From positions 27,032,001 through 27,096,000 of the forward strand of contig OZ024763.1 of assembly GCA_964016885.1 (NCBI GenBank): a stretch of DNA of 64,000 nucleotides. Direction: 5' to 3'. Source of the stretch: Eledone cirrhosa (Eukaryota). The notes below the pieces were generated by a model that worked only from the letters and a program-made list of their open reading frames with translations, ran no database searches and was not told where the DNA came from. Positions 25,945 to 39,272 of the stretch are shown in pieces (within the stretch, counting starts at the first letter, position 1; the number at the start of each line of letters is the position of its first letter). The position numbers and the translations under genes are program-made.

Positions 25945-26740
25945 TTGTTATGTTATACATAGTACAATGGTCATCTCTTCTTATATTTACATTTTCTTCC
26001 CCAATTCTGTATTTTGAAGTCCTTTCATTATTTTAAATATTTCTATCATGTCACTCGTTTGATTAATAGTTATGTCCAAGCCAGTTGATACAATTCTAAG
26101 TTAGTTGATATATTTTGAAGCGTTCCGAGATTTACTGAGTTCTTTTCTTATTGCCATAGCAAGTTCAAATTCACTACAATGCTTTCTGCTCACTTTTACT
26201 CAGCATCACAAATATTTTAATCTATTCATTCGTTCTTCGTCTGTCATATCTTTTTATCATCATTTACTGTTGTGTCGTCTACTCCATCATTTAAACTATT
26301 CCATTCACTAATATCTCTTTGAGAAATATATATTTTCTGATGTCTTTAGAGCATTGTTTCTTATAAAGTGTCCTCTTCTTACATTTTCTTCTGTAATTTC
26401 AAGTCCTTTCATTATCTTAAATATTTCTGTCGTGTCTCCCCTTAGCTTTATCTCCTCCAAAGTCGTAATTCCTAGCTTTTTTACATCTTTCTTCAAGAAT
26501 TCTGGTATTTCATGCTTTTTTCTTCTCTGGATTCCTTCAATAGTTTCTCTCTCCTTTCGGAAGACGGGTGACCATACCTGCAAATAATATTCTAAGTAGT
26601 ATCACACATATCATTTATCTAGAGTTTTAATATTTCTGTATTTAGGTAGGTAAAGTAATATTTCATCATTCCTATAATCCGACTTGGTGTTGTGGTTTTT
26701 TCCTGTGAGATGGTTAGCTACCTTTAAATTCAAATTGATA
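25945..26740 (-). mobile_element. CR1/L2-type LINE relics (two joined pieces, about 25945-26060 and 26220-26740)
   Basis: QVWSPVFRKERETIEGIQRR...LGITTLEEIKLRGDTTEIFKIMKG. Confidence 0.85.
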
Positions 26741-26934
26741 CATATTCCACATTTGTTGGGGGTGGGTGAAACAAAAAAAAACAACACAATTTTACATCAA
26801 TATTCGATGTTAAAACCTGCTGGCGTCTTATACGTTCAAGATACAAATATGATAATTAAAGTATATATGTATATACTAGCCATGTATATGTATATCCCTA
26901 TTTTTAACTCTTCAAAACATATTTTCTTCAAAAT

Positions 26935-27830
26935 GTATTCCGAAAAATCCTGTATGAGGTCTCTGTAAGTGTTCGATTTTCAATAGATTGTATTGCCGTT
27001 GAAGATGCAATTATTTCTTCTTCTTATCAATAAACAATTTGTCATACAATTGTTGCTTCGTCCATTTTAAGTTTAGCTTCACAAACTATCGTTAATTCAA
27101 GATTTTGCTCTAATATAATAAATTATACTTTTAAAAGATTGACATTCTCATATTCATTCTATCTCTTCTATATGGTTATCTAACCGATAAAAGAATGTAT
27201 GTGAGAGGTAGAAATAACACGACCTTCTTTCACCGCTGCAGATAGCAAACTGGCAGTGTGTTTAGCTGACAACGGTGAACATCACGTGTTTAGCGTTAAG
27301 TCCCAACATAGTGCCATTTTTATACCGGTTTAACTCGAAAGTCGGACCAAATAAGGATACAATCTGCCCTTATCAACATTCTCCGATCTTGGTCCCTGAA
27401 TAAATAGTGAGATAAAGTGATAGGGTTGAATCTCTATCAAGAATTACAGTAGGTTATTTTTAACGAAGGACATCAATAAATTTAATAGTGAGGTATGACA
27501 GTTGAAGAAGGCCACTGCAGATTATCGGGTTGTAGGATGAAATGACCCTTAGAGAAAGTAAGTGAAGATATATTTTCTGAAATTGCCAGAAGAATAATAA
27601 TCCAATGTCGACCCTTTTGAAGTATTGATAATGCTGAGAAAGGCATGAATGCCACAACATCTATTATGCTTGGAAATACAAGGTAGGTTTCTGAAAGCTC
27701 CAGATGAATAAAATACAAGGTCGGTCGTTGGTAGTGCGAATAAAATGGAGAAAGACATGAAGGCCACCACATCAAGTTTGCTTGGATATAGAAAAGTAGC
27801 TTTATAAATATAAATTTTCCTAGTACTTTT
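26935..27830 (-). pseudogene. Decayed TLR-like remnant, subtype 'a' (C-paired variant)
   Basis: LRR-like IDVVAFMPFSALSIL (partly duplicated). TATAAAAATGGCACTATG aligns with TATTGCAAATGGCGACTACG (YCKWRL) of the + copies. Confidence 0.5.
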
Positions 27831-28100
27831 GTGGAAGTCTCTGTTGGCTAATGGTATGTGTTAGTGACGGTGAAGATCCTGGTCTAGGATTCAATCTCGG
27901 CCAGGAGCTACACTAACGTTTTTCATTTTACTAGAGATAAAATAAAAACAGTTTGAATTCTTTCATTAAGAACCCTCTAGTCCTGGCCAAGATTGAACCC
28001 GAGACCAGGATCTTCACCGTCTCTCATACCTTCCACCAGGTCACCGAAACTTGCTACAAAAAGTTATGGAAAATTAATATTTATAAATCTACTTTACTAT
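27790..28100. repeat. Palindrome centre with convergent tRNA-like cassettes
   Basis: GACGGTGAAGATCCTGGTCT..TTCAATCT.GGCCAGGA on both arms (27837-27906 +, 27981-28051 -). Confidence 0.8.
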
Positions 28101-29600
28101 TTTCAAGCAAAATTGATGTGGTGGCGTTCATGCCTTACTCACTGTTATAAATACTAAAAAGGGTCGACTTTGTCTTTCAGCCTCCTGGGTCTTTCATAAA
28201 TTAAATCTTCACTTTGTTTCTTATCGCTCTACGGTTGATTTGAACCTACAATGTCCGTCTACAATAATATTTACTAACTTTAAATCTATCATACCTGGTT
28301 TGTGTGTGTACCTGTGTGTGTGTGAAATATTCCCACCTCGTACAATACGCCCGTAAATTGTTAAACCTGATTTCTATATAGATAATATATGTAGCAGTGT
28401 AAGATCTGAACCTACAATGATATGTTTTGCAGTAATTTTACACAATTTCAACTAAATAGCGATATGTATATGTTTTTCGTTTCTTAAAAATAAAAGAAAT
28501 TCTATATCCGCAGCTAAATATTGAACTCCTGACAGCACCACAAACTACATTAAATACTTAACTACTAAGTCTCACACGACTTTGTAACTAAATGATAAAA
28601 TAATAACCTCAATTTTTAATTGATATTACTTCACCTTCTTGTGTTCTCATCTCGGTGAAAATCTGGCCCTGATTAATTTAACATTTTTATTTTTGGATAG
28701 ATAAAATATAGTGCCACTCACATACTGGAATCAATTTAATCGATCGAATTCTCCCCGTAAATTTCTGCCTTTTGCCTCAGTTACAAACAAAGAGGGTGTA
28801 TCTGTATGTGTAAATATATATATATATACATATATATTATATATATTAAAGTATGTGTTAGCAATAAATAAATGAAACAAATTAAATAATTGTTTCTACT
28901 TTTGGCACAAGGCCAGCAATTACCCAGTGCATTACTGGTACTTTATTTTATCGACCCCGACAAATTAAATAATGACAGTAAGACATTTTTATTCAGTAGT
29001 TTTATTTTTATTATGATTTTTAATACATTAACTGCCCAGTGTGCCTTTTGTTTTTGTTTCTTCTTATTTTCTATTGCAAATGGCGACTACGGCGAAACTG
29101 GATTATTACCAAGGTTTACTGGATGTTGTCTTTTGCTTCTTGGATTACTTTACAAACTTGAGACATCAGGATATCTACCGCAATACCCGAGATAAACATA
29201 AGGTGTGTCTTTTACGCAATATTTCGTTTTAAAGACTCATGTTCGACTTGATCAAATTTGACCTGTCTACGAGACAGAGATGCTGTTTCAAAACAAACCA
29301 CACAGACCAGCCATGAATAATCTAAAATTAGTTTTACAAAAGATAATCCATCTTTAAAGAGACAAATATTTAAAAACTGACGTTCAAAGGAACACTCGAT
29401 GGCAGAAAGAATCTCAGCCCCAATTTAATGTCTGAAGTTAGACATTTTTCACGACATAAATATAGTTTAATGCCCCTCCTCTCACATCCGATTCCTTTAC
29501 TCAAATCCTCCAATAATACATATGTTATAGAGATATACCTTCGAAGGTATACATTATAATGCGTTTTGTTTATATTTTCATCTTTTCTAGTAATTCGTAG
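28055..29600 (+). pseudogene. Decayed TLR-like remnant, subtype C (best preserved TM-TIR frame)
   Basis: One frame from 29078: KWRLRRNWIITKVYWMLSFASWITLQT*DIRISTAIPEINIRCVFYAIFRFKDSCST*SNLTCLRDRDAV (box2-like at 29258-29281). Later KIIHL*RDKYLKTD and IYLRR. Upstream KIDVVAFMPYSLL*ILKRVDF and TLNLSY. Confidence 0.7.
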
Positions 29601-29759
29601 TTTTAGAATTGTCATTCCGATCATGTAGAAAATCTATGACATTATCCTGATTGATATTATACGTTTTCAATATGAGATTGGAAGGCATAGCAAGTTCAAA
29701 TTCACTACAATGCTTTCTGCTCACTTTTACTCAGCATCACCCATATTTCAATCTATTCA

Positions 29760-30290
29760 TTCGTTCTTCATCTGCCATATCTTTTTATAATCATTTACTG
29801 TTGTGTCGTCTACACCATCATTTAAACTATTCTATTCACTAATATCTCTTTGAGAAATATATATTTTCTGATGTCTTTAGAGCATTGTATCTTATAAACA
29901 GTATAATGGTGTCCTCTTCTTACATTTTCTTCTGATTTTCAAGTCCTTTCATTATCATAAATATTTCTGTCGTGTCTCCCCTTAGTTTTATCTCCTCCAA
30001 AGTTGTAATTCCTAGATTTATACACCTTTCTTGTCAAGACAGATTTGTTAATTATTATGGTATTTCATGCTTATTTCTTCTCTGGATTCCTTCAATAGCT
30101 TCTCTCTCCTTTCGGAAGTCGGGTGACCATACCTGTACATAATATTCTAAGTAGTATCACACATATCATTTATTTAGAGTTTCAATATTTCTGTATGTTG
30201 GTAGGTATAGTAATATTTTATCATTCCTATAATCCGACTTGGTGTTGTGGTTTTTTTTATGTGAGATGGTTAGTTAACCTTAAATTCAAA
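29760..30290 (-). mobile_element. CR1/L2-type LINE relic
   Basis: SRIIGMIK..., LEYYVQVWSPDFRKE..., RRGHHYTVYKIQCSKDIRKY. Confidence 0.85.
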
Positions 30291-30469
30291 TTGTTACATA
30301 TTCCGATTTTGTTGGGGTGGGTGAAACAAGAGACACATTTTTACATAAAAATTCGATGTTAAAACCTGCTGGCGTCTTATACATCCAAGATACGAATATG
30401 ATAATTATATATGTTTGTACTAGCCATGTATAAGTATATCCCTATTTATAACTCTTCCTCAAAACAATA

Positions 30470-31390
30470 TATTCCGAAAAATGCCGTATGAGGTCTCCGT
30501 GAGTGTTCCATTTCAATCAATATCTCATTTCGATTTTCAATAGATTGTGTGGCCCTTGAAGATGCAATCATTTCTCCTTCTTATAATAATTAATTTGTTT
30601 TACAATGTTCGTATTGTTGCTTCGTCCATTTTACGTTTAGTGTCACAAACTATCGTTAATTCAAGATTTTGCTCTAATATAATAAACTATACTTTTAAAA
30701 GATTGACATTCTCATATTCATTCTATCTCTTCTATATGGTTATCTAACCGATAAAAGAATGTATGTGGTATGTGAGAGGTAGAAATAACACGACCTTCTT
30801 TCACCGCTGCAGATAGCAAACTGGCAGTGTGTTTAGCTGACAACGGTGAACATCACGTGTTTAGCGTTAAGTCCCAACATAGTGCCATTTTTATACCGGT
30901 TTAACTCGAAAGTCGGACCAAATAAGGATACAATCTGCCCTTATCAACATTCTCCGATCTTGGTCCCTGAATAAATAGTGAGATAAAGTGACAGGGTTGA
31001 ATCTCTATCAAGAATTACAGTAGGTTATTTTTAACGAAGGACATCAATAAATTTAATAGTGAGGTATGACAGTTGAAGAAGGCCACTGCAGATTATCGGG
31101 TTGTAGGATGAAATGACCCTTAGAGAAAGTAAGTGAAGATATATTTTCTGAAATTGCCAGAAGAATAATAATCCAATGTCGACCCTTTTGAAGTATTGAT
31201 AATGCTGAGAAAGGCATGAATGCCACAACATCTATTATGCTTGGAAATACAAGGTAGGTTTCTGAAAGCTCCAGATGAATAAAATACAAGGTCGGTCGTT
31301 GGTAGTGCGAATAACATGGAGAAAGACATGAAGGCCACCACATCAAGTTTGCTTGGATATAGAAAAGTAGCTTTATAAATTTTACTTTTG
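30470..31390 (-). pseudogene. Decayed TLR-like remnant, subtype 'a' (C-paired variant)
   Basis: Near-identical to 26935-27830. NKLIII and LKWNTHGDLIRHF near 30478-30600 resemble the TIR C-terminus. Confidence 0.5.
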
Positions 31391-31660
31391 TGGCAGTCTC
31401 TGTGGGTTAATGGTATGTGATAGAGACGGTAAAGATCCTGGTCTAGGGTTTAATCTCGGCCAGGAAATACACTAACCTTTTTCATTTTATTAGAGATAAA
31501 ATAAAAACAGTTTGAATTCTTTCTTTAAGACCCCTCTAGTCCTGGCCAAGATTGAACCCGAGACCAGGATCTTCACCGTTTCCCATACCTTCCACAAGGC
31601 CACCGAAACTTGCTACAAAAAGTGATTGAAAATTAATATTTATAAACCTACTTTACTATT
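31360..31660. repeat. Palindrome centre with convergent tRNA-like cassettes
   Basis: Paralog of 27790-28100. Confidence 0.8.
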
Positions 31661-33050
31661 TTCAAGCAAAATTGATGTGGTGGCGTTCATGCCTTACTCA
31701 CTGTTATAAATACTAAAAAGGTTCGACTCTGTCTTTCAGCCTCCTGGGTCTTTCATAAATTAAATCTCCACTTTGTTTCTTATCGCTCTACGGTTGATTT
31801 GAACCTACAATGTCCCCGTCTACAATAATATTTACTAACTTTAAATCTATCATACCTGGTTTGTGTGTGTACCTGTGTGTGTGTGAAATATTCCCACATC
31901 GTACAATACGCCCGTAAATTGTTAAACCTGATTTCTATATAGATAATATATGTAGCAGTGTAAGATCTGAACCTACAATGATATGTTTTGCAGTAATTTT
32001 ACACAATTTCAACTAAATAGCGATATGTATATGTTTTTCGTTTCTTAAAAATAAAAGAAATTCTATATCCGCAGCTAAATATTGAACTCCTGACAGCACC
32101 ACAAACTACATTAAATACTTAACTACTAAGTCTCACACGACTTTGTAACTAAATGATAAAATAATAACCTCAATTTTTAATTGATATTACTTCACCTTCT
32201 TGTGTTCTCATCTCGGTGAAAATCTGGCCCTGATTAATTTAACATTTTTATTTTTGGATAGATAAAGTATAGTACCAGTCACATAGTGGGATCAATTTAA
32301 TCGATCGAATTCTCCCCGTAAATTTCTGACTTTTGCCTCAGTTACAAACAAAGAGAGTTTATCTCTGTGTGTATATATATATATTAGCAATAAATAAATG
32401 AAAAAAATTAAATAATGACAGTAAGACATTTTTATTCAGTAGTTTTATTTTTATTGTGATTTTCAATACATTAACTGTCCAGTGTGGCCTTTTGTTTTTG
32501 TTTCTGCTTATATTCTATTGCAAATGGCGGCTACGGCGAAACTGGATTACCAAGGTTCACTGGATGTTGTCTTTTGCTTTGTGGATTACTTTACAAACTG
32601 GAGACATCAGGATATCTACCGCAATACCCGAGATAAACATAAGGTGTGTCTTTTACGCAATATTTCGTTTTAAAGACATGTTCGACTTGATCAAATTTGA
32701 CCTGTCTATGAGACAGAGATGCTATTTCAAAACAAACCACACAGACCAACCACGAATAATCTAACATTAGTTTTTCAAAAGATAATCCATCTTTAAAGAG
32801 AGACAAATATTTAAAAATTGACGTTCAAAGGAACACTCGATGGCAGAAAGAATCTCAGCCGCAATTTAATGTCTGAAGTTAGACATTTTTCACGACATAA
32901 ATATAGTTTAATGCCCCTCCTCTCACATCTGACTCGTTTTCTTAAAACTTACTTCGAATAATACATATTTTATAGACATATACTTTCGAAGGTAAACATT
33001 ATGTTTTTGTGTTGTGTTTTGTAATTTTTCAAGTAATTCGTAGTTTTAGA
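31615..33050 (+). pseudogene. Decayed TLR-like remnant, subtype C
   Basis: ORF 32456-32764 contains CGLLFLFLLIFYCKWRLRRNWITKVHW...GDIRIST. LTCL*DRD after a frameshift. DIYFRR about 125 codons after box1. Confidence 0.68.
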
Positions 33051-33499
33051 AATGACATTCCGACAATGTAGAAAATCTATGACATTATTCTGATTGATAT
33101 ACTTTATCAACATGAGATTGGAAGACAGGCATAATTAACGAATTTTCAAGTTTATATTTTGCCGACTACAAACACAGGACGAAAGTTTTTAGTACACGAA
33201 ATCTTTAACGAACTTAACTACATACAATAATGAAAGTATTTGAAGTAAATTAATGAGTTTCACCGACATTATCGTAATCTACATCATGGAAGACGGATCT
33301 CTGTATATTTTCATGTAAAATATATTCACCGAGTAACGACTAAACTGTAGTTATGTCCAAGCCAGTTGATACCATTCTAAGTTAGTTGATATATTTTGAA
33401 GCGTTGCGAGATTTACTGAGTTCTTTTCTTATTGCCATAGCAAGATCAAATTCACTACAATGCTTTCTGCTCACTTTTACTCAGCATCACAAATATTTC

Positions 33500-33990
33500 A
33501 ATCTATTCATTCGTTCTTCATCTGTCATATCTTTTTATCATCATTTACTGTTGTGTCGTCTACTCCATCATTTAAACTATTCCATTCACTCATATCTCTT
33601 TGAGAAATATATTTTTTCTGATGTCTTTAGAGCATGGTATCCTCTTCTTAGATTTACATTTTCTTCCGTAATTTCAAGTCCTTCCATCATCTTAAATATT
33701 TCTATCATGTCTCCCCTTTGTTTTATCTCCTCCCAAGTTGTAATTCCTAAGTTTATACATATTTATTCTCAAGACAGATTTCTTAATTCTTTTGTTTTAT
33801 TTTTTGTTCTTCTCTGGATTCTTTCAATATTTTCTGTCGTGCGTCCATGTCCCTACGGAATACTCTACGTGGTGTCGCTCATATCATTCATCGATAATTT
33901 AAAATTTGTTTGCATTTAGCTAGGTAAATTATTATTCCTATCGTCTCACTTGCTACTTTTTGCCTTTAACATGGTTAGCCACCTTTCAAT
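33500..33990 (-). mobile_element. CR1/L2-type LINE relic
   Basis: Paralog of 29760-30290. Confidence 0.8.
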
Positions 33991-34274
33991 TAAAACATAC
34001 ATATTCGAAATATATTTTTTGTGGGGTGGGGAATAAGAGGTACTTTTCTACCCGAAAAAAAAACGATGAAAAAAAAACAAAAAAACAACCGTCTGCCCTT
34101 TGCCTTAGAGGTACGAATATAATAAACACTATATATATACATATATACATACACACTCCATGAACAAGGATAGCTGCATATTTACACTTTCCCCAATCAT
34201 TTTGTCTTGAAAATAAACATGTCTTAAAATCTATGTGTGTTTCTGTACATTTGTTCTTAAAACTAAGGGGGTCT

Positions 34275-35160
34275 TACATCCCAAAAAATATTGTAAGATG
34301 TCTCCATAAAGGTTCCTTTACAATTAATTTCTCCTTTCAGTACAATGTATTGCCGTTGAATTTGTTAATGAAATAAAATTTCCTTTTCAAAGATTGACAT
34401 TCTCAATTTAATTCTTTCTCTTGTGTATTGTTCTCTAATGGATAACATATGTATGTTGTTCATTAGAGGTAGAAATAACACGACCTTCCTTCATCGCTGC
34501 ACAGATCTAACTGGCAGTGTGTTTAGCATGAGTGGTGGTAAGTCTTCGACATGTGTGAAGTCAGAACAAACTGCCTTTTATATAGGGTGTTAATTGGAAA
34601 GACTAAACAGTGAGATAAAGTGACGAGGTTCAATCTCTACCAAGAATTACACAAGGTTATTTTAAACCAGAAATTATTATGTCGTTGTTGTTGCTGTAAA
34701 TGTGTAGTCAGGGTTTCAATCCTTAGCAGGGTTTGTAGAGTTACATTTATGTAATTATTAACAAATAAAAACAGATTTATATAGCGATGTTGTACGTTCA
34801 AATAAAACACACACACATATATATATATATAAATATTTATATATTATATCGTTTCTAATTTTGGCACAAGGCCAGCAATTATCCCAGTGTATTACTGGTA
34901 CTTTATTTTATCGACCCTGTAAAGATGAAAGGCAAAGTTAACCTCGGCGGGATTTGAACTCAGAATGGCAAGGGCCGTAACTCTATGCTGGAAAGCATAG
35001 CGTCCGAACCTCTACCGATTCTGCTAATACACCGCCCCTGCCAAGACACCGCTCTATGTAGTGTTAATAAGACGGAACCAGCATGAATGTAACCACATCT
35101 ATTTAGCTTGCTAATAGAAAGTAGTTTCATATATATTAAATTTCAATTAGTTCTGTAGCT
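34275..35160 (-). pseudogene. Decayed TLR-like remnant, subtype 'a' (divergent)
   Basis: YIK(W)QFVLTSHMSKTY aligns with YCKWRLRRYWIITKVY. VISTSNEQHTYV and FWDV near 34276-34287. Confidence 0.5.
34848..35038 (-). mobile_element. tRNA-derived SINE, near full length
   Basis: Reverse complement of the 15994-16180 family. Confidence 0.85.
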
Positions 35161-36104
35161 GTTATTGTTACGGTGGCCTAGTGGGGGTTATTAGAGACGG
35201 TGGAGGACCTGGTTTGGTTTTCAATGAAGACATATATTAAGGGGGTCTTACTTTTCCCTTTTATAAGAGAAAAAAATGTAAGATTTAGTGAGATTATATC
35301 CTGATTCAGATCGAACTCACGACCAGGAACGGATTCACCTCTAATACATACCACTGGGTCACCAAAACGGATGTATATATATATACACACACAAACAAAC
35401 ATATATTTATATGTATATATACACACACACATTTATTTATATATCTCTACACATATATATAAATAAATTATTTATATATATATATATATATAAAAAACAA
35501 AGAAATAAGTCACCAAGTTCAACAGTTTATAAATTATTTATTTGATCAACACTTGTTTCATTGCTATTACATGTTACACATCTTTAGAAAGACATCGTCA
35601 GGAACAATTCTAAACATAACATTGGAAGTCTGCAATAGAAAATAAATCAATTTTGAGGTTGAATATATATTTCAATGCCATATTGTTGTTTTATCAACTG
35701 AAAGAATTTTCAACACGTAATATATATATATATATATATATATACGTAAGCATGTATGTTTATATATATATATACATGTATATGGCAATAGGGAGCAAGA
35801 GTAACACACTATTGAACTCCCGAACTAGAGTGCCACAGTATGGCACTTTAGAGCTTCAGTGCTGCACTATGGTATTTAGTAGATTTAACTAAACTTAGTA
35901 CTGAGTTAGTAGAGTTAAAAGCGAATACAAGCAGCCAAAATGGGGTTCCTCGAAAGGGTCTTTGGAGTAACGTTACTTGATAAAGTGTGTAGCTCAGAGA
36001 TCAGAGAGTCACTCCAGGTAGAGCTGCTACTTCTCCCAACTGAGAAATCACAGCTCTGATACTATGGACATGTGGTTAGAATGTCTCAGGAAAGAATATG
36101 TATA

Positions 36105-36145
<41 letters not shown>

Positions 36146-36160
36146 TTATGTATGTATGTG

Positions 36161-36191
<31 letters not shown>

Positions 36192-36271
36192 GTCTACATA
36201 TATATGTATATATATCTATATATATCTATGTATATATATATATAGACATATGACCGTGAAATATGTGTGAG

Positions 36272-37020
36272 GTAAAGTAAATCTAGACTTTATTTCTCAT
36301 TGCTCTAGGCTTGATTTGAACCTACAACAACTCCGTCTGCAATAATGTCATACCTCATTCCAGCTTAGTCGTACCCGTAAATTGTTAAATGTGGTTCCTA
36401 TATATACATGCAAGTAAGATTTGAACCTACAATGCTGTGCTTAATTCCTATTAATAAATGTGTTTTATAAAAGAAAGTAAAGAAACAATTTAATGAAAGT
36501 AAAATATTTATTTTATTCAGGAATGTTTTTTTTAGATTTTATGTATTCACTTCATTAACTGCTGAATAGTTCTGTTTTTGTTTTTGTTTGTTCTTACCAT
36601 TGTTTACTGTGACTGTGACGAGACTGGATTATTACCAAGTTTAACTGGATGATGGCATTTCCTTATTGTATTATTTTGTTGTCAGTGGACATCTCTCTAA
36701 ATACCTGGAATAAACATAAGGTAGGTCTTTTACGTAACATTTTAATGGATCACTTAAAATAAAACCAATAAAGAGACCACAGAGATGAGGTACGAATAAT
36801 CTAAAATTAATTTTAAAAAGAAGACTATGTTTAAAGAAAGACAAAGAATCACATCCATAATTTAATATCTGAAGATCAACATTTTTCACGATATAAATAT
36901 GTAAAGTTAAGTGACCTCTCATTTAGTTGCTCCAACTTTATTTTACTAATCTATTCTGTAGACTTATATTTTCGTTGGTGTACATTACGATTTCGTTGAT
37001 GAAATTTTCTTTCGTCTTTA
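36272..37020 (+). pseudogene. Decayed TLR-like remnant, subtype A (more deleted)
   Basis: Paralog of 2310-3170. LIFSLV in the ORF track is YFRW in another frame (near 36967-36978). Confidence 0.5.
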
Positions 37021-37544
37021 GATCTATATTTTACTTCTGGAATACTGTATTAACAATTATATCACTCGTCTTAAGATCTTTATTTCTTATAAAAGTTATA
37101 ATACTCACCTCTTCCCATTATATTTTCATATATATATATATATATATATTTGAAAAAAGGAAAAGAATGACTTGACTTGTAGTTCTAAACAATTTGATTT
37201 AGAACTACAAATGAAGTCATTCTTTTCCTTTTTTTAAATATACCTGACTGTACCAAGGATTTCACACACACACACATACTTCTACCTGGAGTTTCGACCG
37301 ATAGATAGTATTAGCAATTAGAAAGACCATTTTCATTTATATATACCCATGCATTCATATTTACTCACTTCTATGTAAATATACATATATATATTAAAAG
37401 CACATACACCATCATAATAACGATTGACTAATCATCAGGACACATGCTTGCTCATGTAAAAATTTTCAGAGACACTTACGAAAACCGAACTTGCAACGCC
37501 AGGTACACTTACATACATATATGTACGTACATCACATATAGAAC

Positions 37545-38020
37545 AGGTATGACATATAGGTACATCAAAGTTTAGGTTTCGCTATTGTACCATTCGAGGT
37601 AGTTAGAAACAAGTACCAGTGTAGTACTAGGGTCAATTCTTCTATATCTTTTTTTCAATTCCTTTCTCACTCTGTAAGAGATCTGGGGGTGGAGATGGGA
37701 TCTGTCAACTTTTACAAAGTACCCTAGACACCCTGAATGTCAATGTGGGGCCTCTAGAACTCCCTCACAAGTTATAGGTCGCTACATACATATATAGCAA
37801 CATCAGACAGATTCTTTAGATCTCTTTTACTCGATGATGCAAGACAAGTTTTCAGTGAGTCAGAAAGGAATATTTGTGATATGAAGGGAGAACCTCTCTG
37901 AATAAATATTAGATAGTTAAGATGCTACGTAAAGCAGGCGGTGACATGTGGAAATAGACATCGACATATAAATATACAAAGATGGGGGGGACCTTATCAT
38001 CATAGACACTTGGGCTTATG
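37545..38020 (-). pseudogene. Decayed TLR-like remnant, subtype D (TIR only)
   Basis: NYLEWY, with YLEW at 37590-37601. Confidence 0.6.
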
Positions 38021-38174
38021 AACACACACACACACACATATTTATATGGCTTCTACAGGACTAGAACAGTTTCATTCGAAAGAAATCAAGGGCTTTCCTG
38101 ATGATTTTTTTCCGAATGAAACAGTTCTAGTCCCGTAGAAGACATTTATACTCTGATATATATTGAGTACCTTT

Positions 38175-38768
38175 CTTAGTGTTGCTGTTATTAGAAAGGG
38201 TCGACTGTCTTTCATAATTCAGGCTCTTTCATGAAGTAAATATTCATTTTATTTCTTAACGCCCTAGTGTTGATTTGAACCTACAATGACTTCGTCTGCA
38301 ATAATGTTCACTAATTTCAAATCTGCCATACCTAAATCCTGTGTGCGACTTACAAATAAATTGCTAAATGTCACTTTTATCAATGTAAGATTGGAACCTA
38401 CAGTGATGTACTTTGCAGTAATGTCCTGTAACTCCAACTAGATTGCGCTAAGCTTGTATATTTCTTTCGTCCGAATAACAATGGTTTCGATCCCAGTTCG
38501 CTACTGGTACAAGAAATAATTTAAAGAAATTCTATATCCCCATCTATGTTACTTAATACCAATAACCCCGTTACACACTGAACATCTAAGCCCTGAACAC
38601 ACATTTATATTTATAATTCAATTTCTAATTTTTAAATGATATTACACCACCTTTCTGTTCTCGGTGGATATTAATTTGCAATTTTATAGCAGAAAAATAG
38701 AGTACCAGTCATTTTATAGGTTCAATTTAATCGATCAGCTTCTCCCCATCAATCACTTGACATTTGCC

Positions 38769-38799
<31 letters not shown>

Positions 38800-39025
38800 C
38801 ACAAACAGTATACGACAAATTTGAAATAAATTATAATTACTTAGTAATAATATTTTTATTGTTTGTTTTCACTGCAATTACTGCCGAGTGTGACTTATTT
38901 TTCTACTGTAAATGGCGGCTGCCACGATATTTGATTATTACTAAGGTTTACTGGATGGTGGCGTTTCCTTATTGTATTATTTTACAAACAGTGGATAACT
39001 TTCTAAATACCTGGAATAAATGTAA
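38175..39025 (+). pseudogene. Decayed TLR-like remnant, subtype B
   Basis: ORF 38664-39095 contains LVIIFLLFVFTAITAECDLFFYCKWRLPRYLIITKVYWMVAFPYCIILQTVD. Confidence 0.58.
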
Positions 39026-39049
39026 GACACTTTTTTTTTGTATCCTCAG

Positions 39050-39272
39050 AACAATGGTCATCTCTTATATTTACTTCTCCAATTCTGTATTTTGAAGTCC
39101 TTTCATTATTTTAAATATTTCTATCATGTCACTCGTTAGAATTACAACTTTGAAGGAGATTAATCAAAGTGGTATAGTGAACTAACGTTGATATTTTCAA
39201 GTCTTGACATTTATATGGAATAGTCTTTATATTTTTATCCTGTCTCCCTTATTCTCTGGGTTGCTTCAAGAG
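39050..39272 (-). mobile_element. CR1/L2-type LINE relic truncated by satellite
   Basis: LEATQRIRETG and SDMIEIFKIMKG-like segments. Confidence 0.7.

Noticed and set aside
32935-32960. RFLKTYFE* as the TIR TYLEW box
   Set aside because: Not conserved in paralogs. The nearby IYFR(W) is conserved and correctly spaced.
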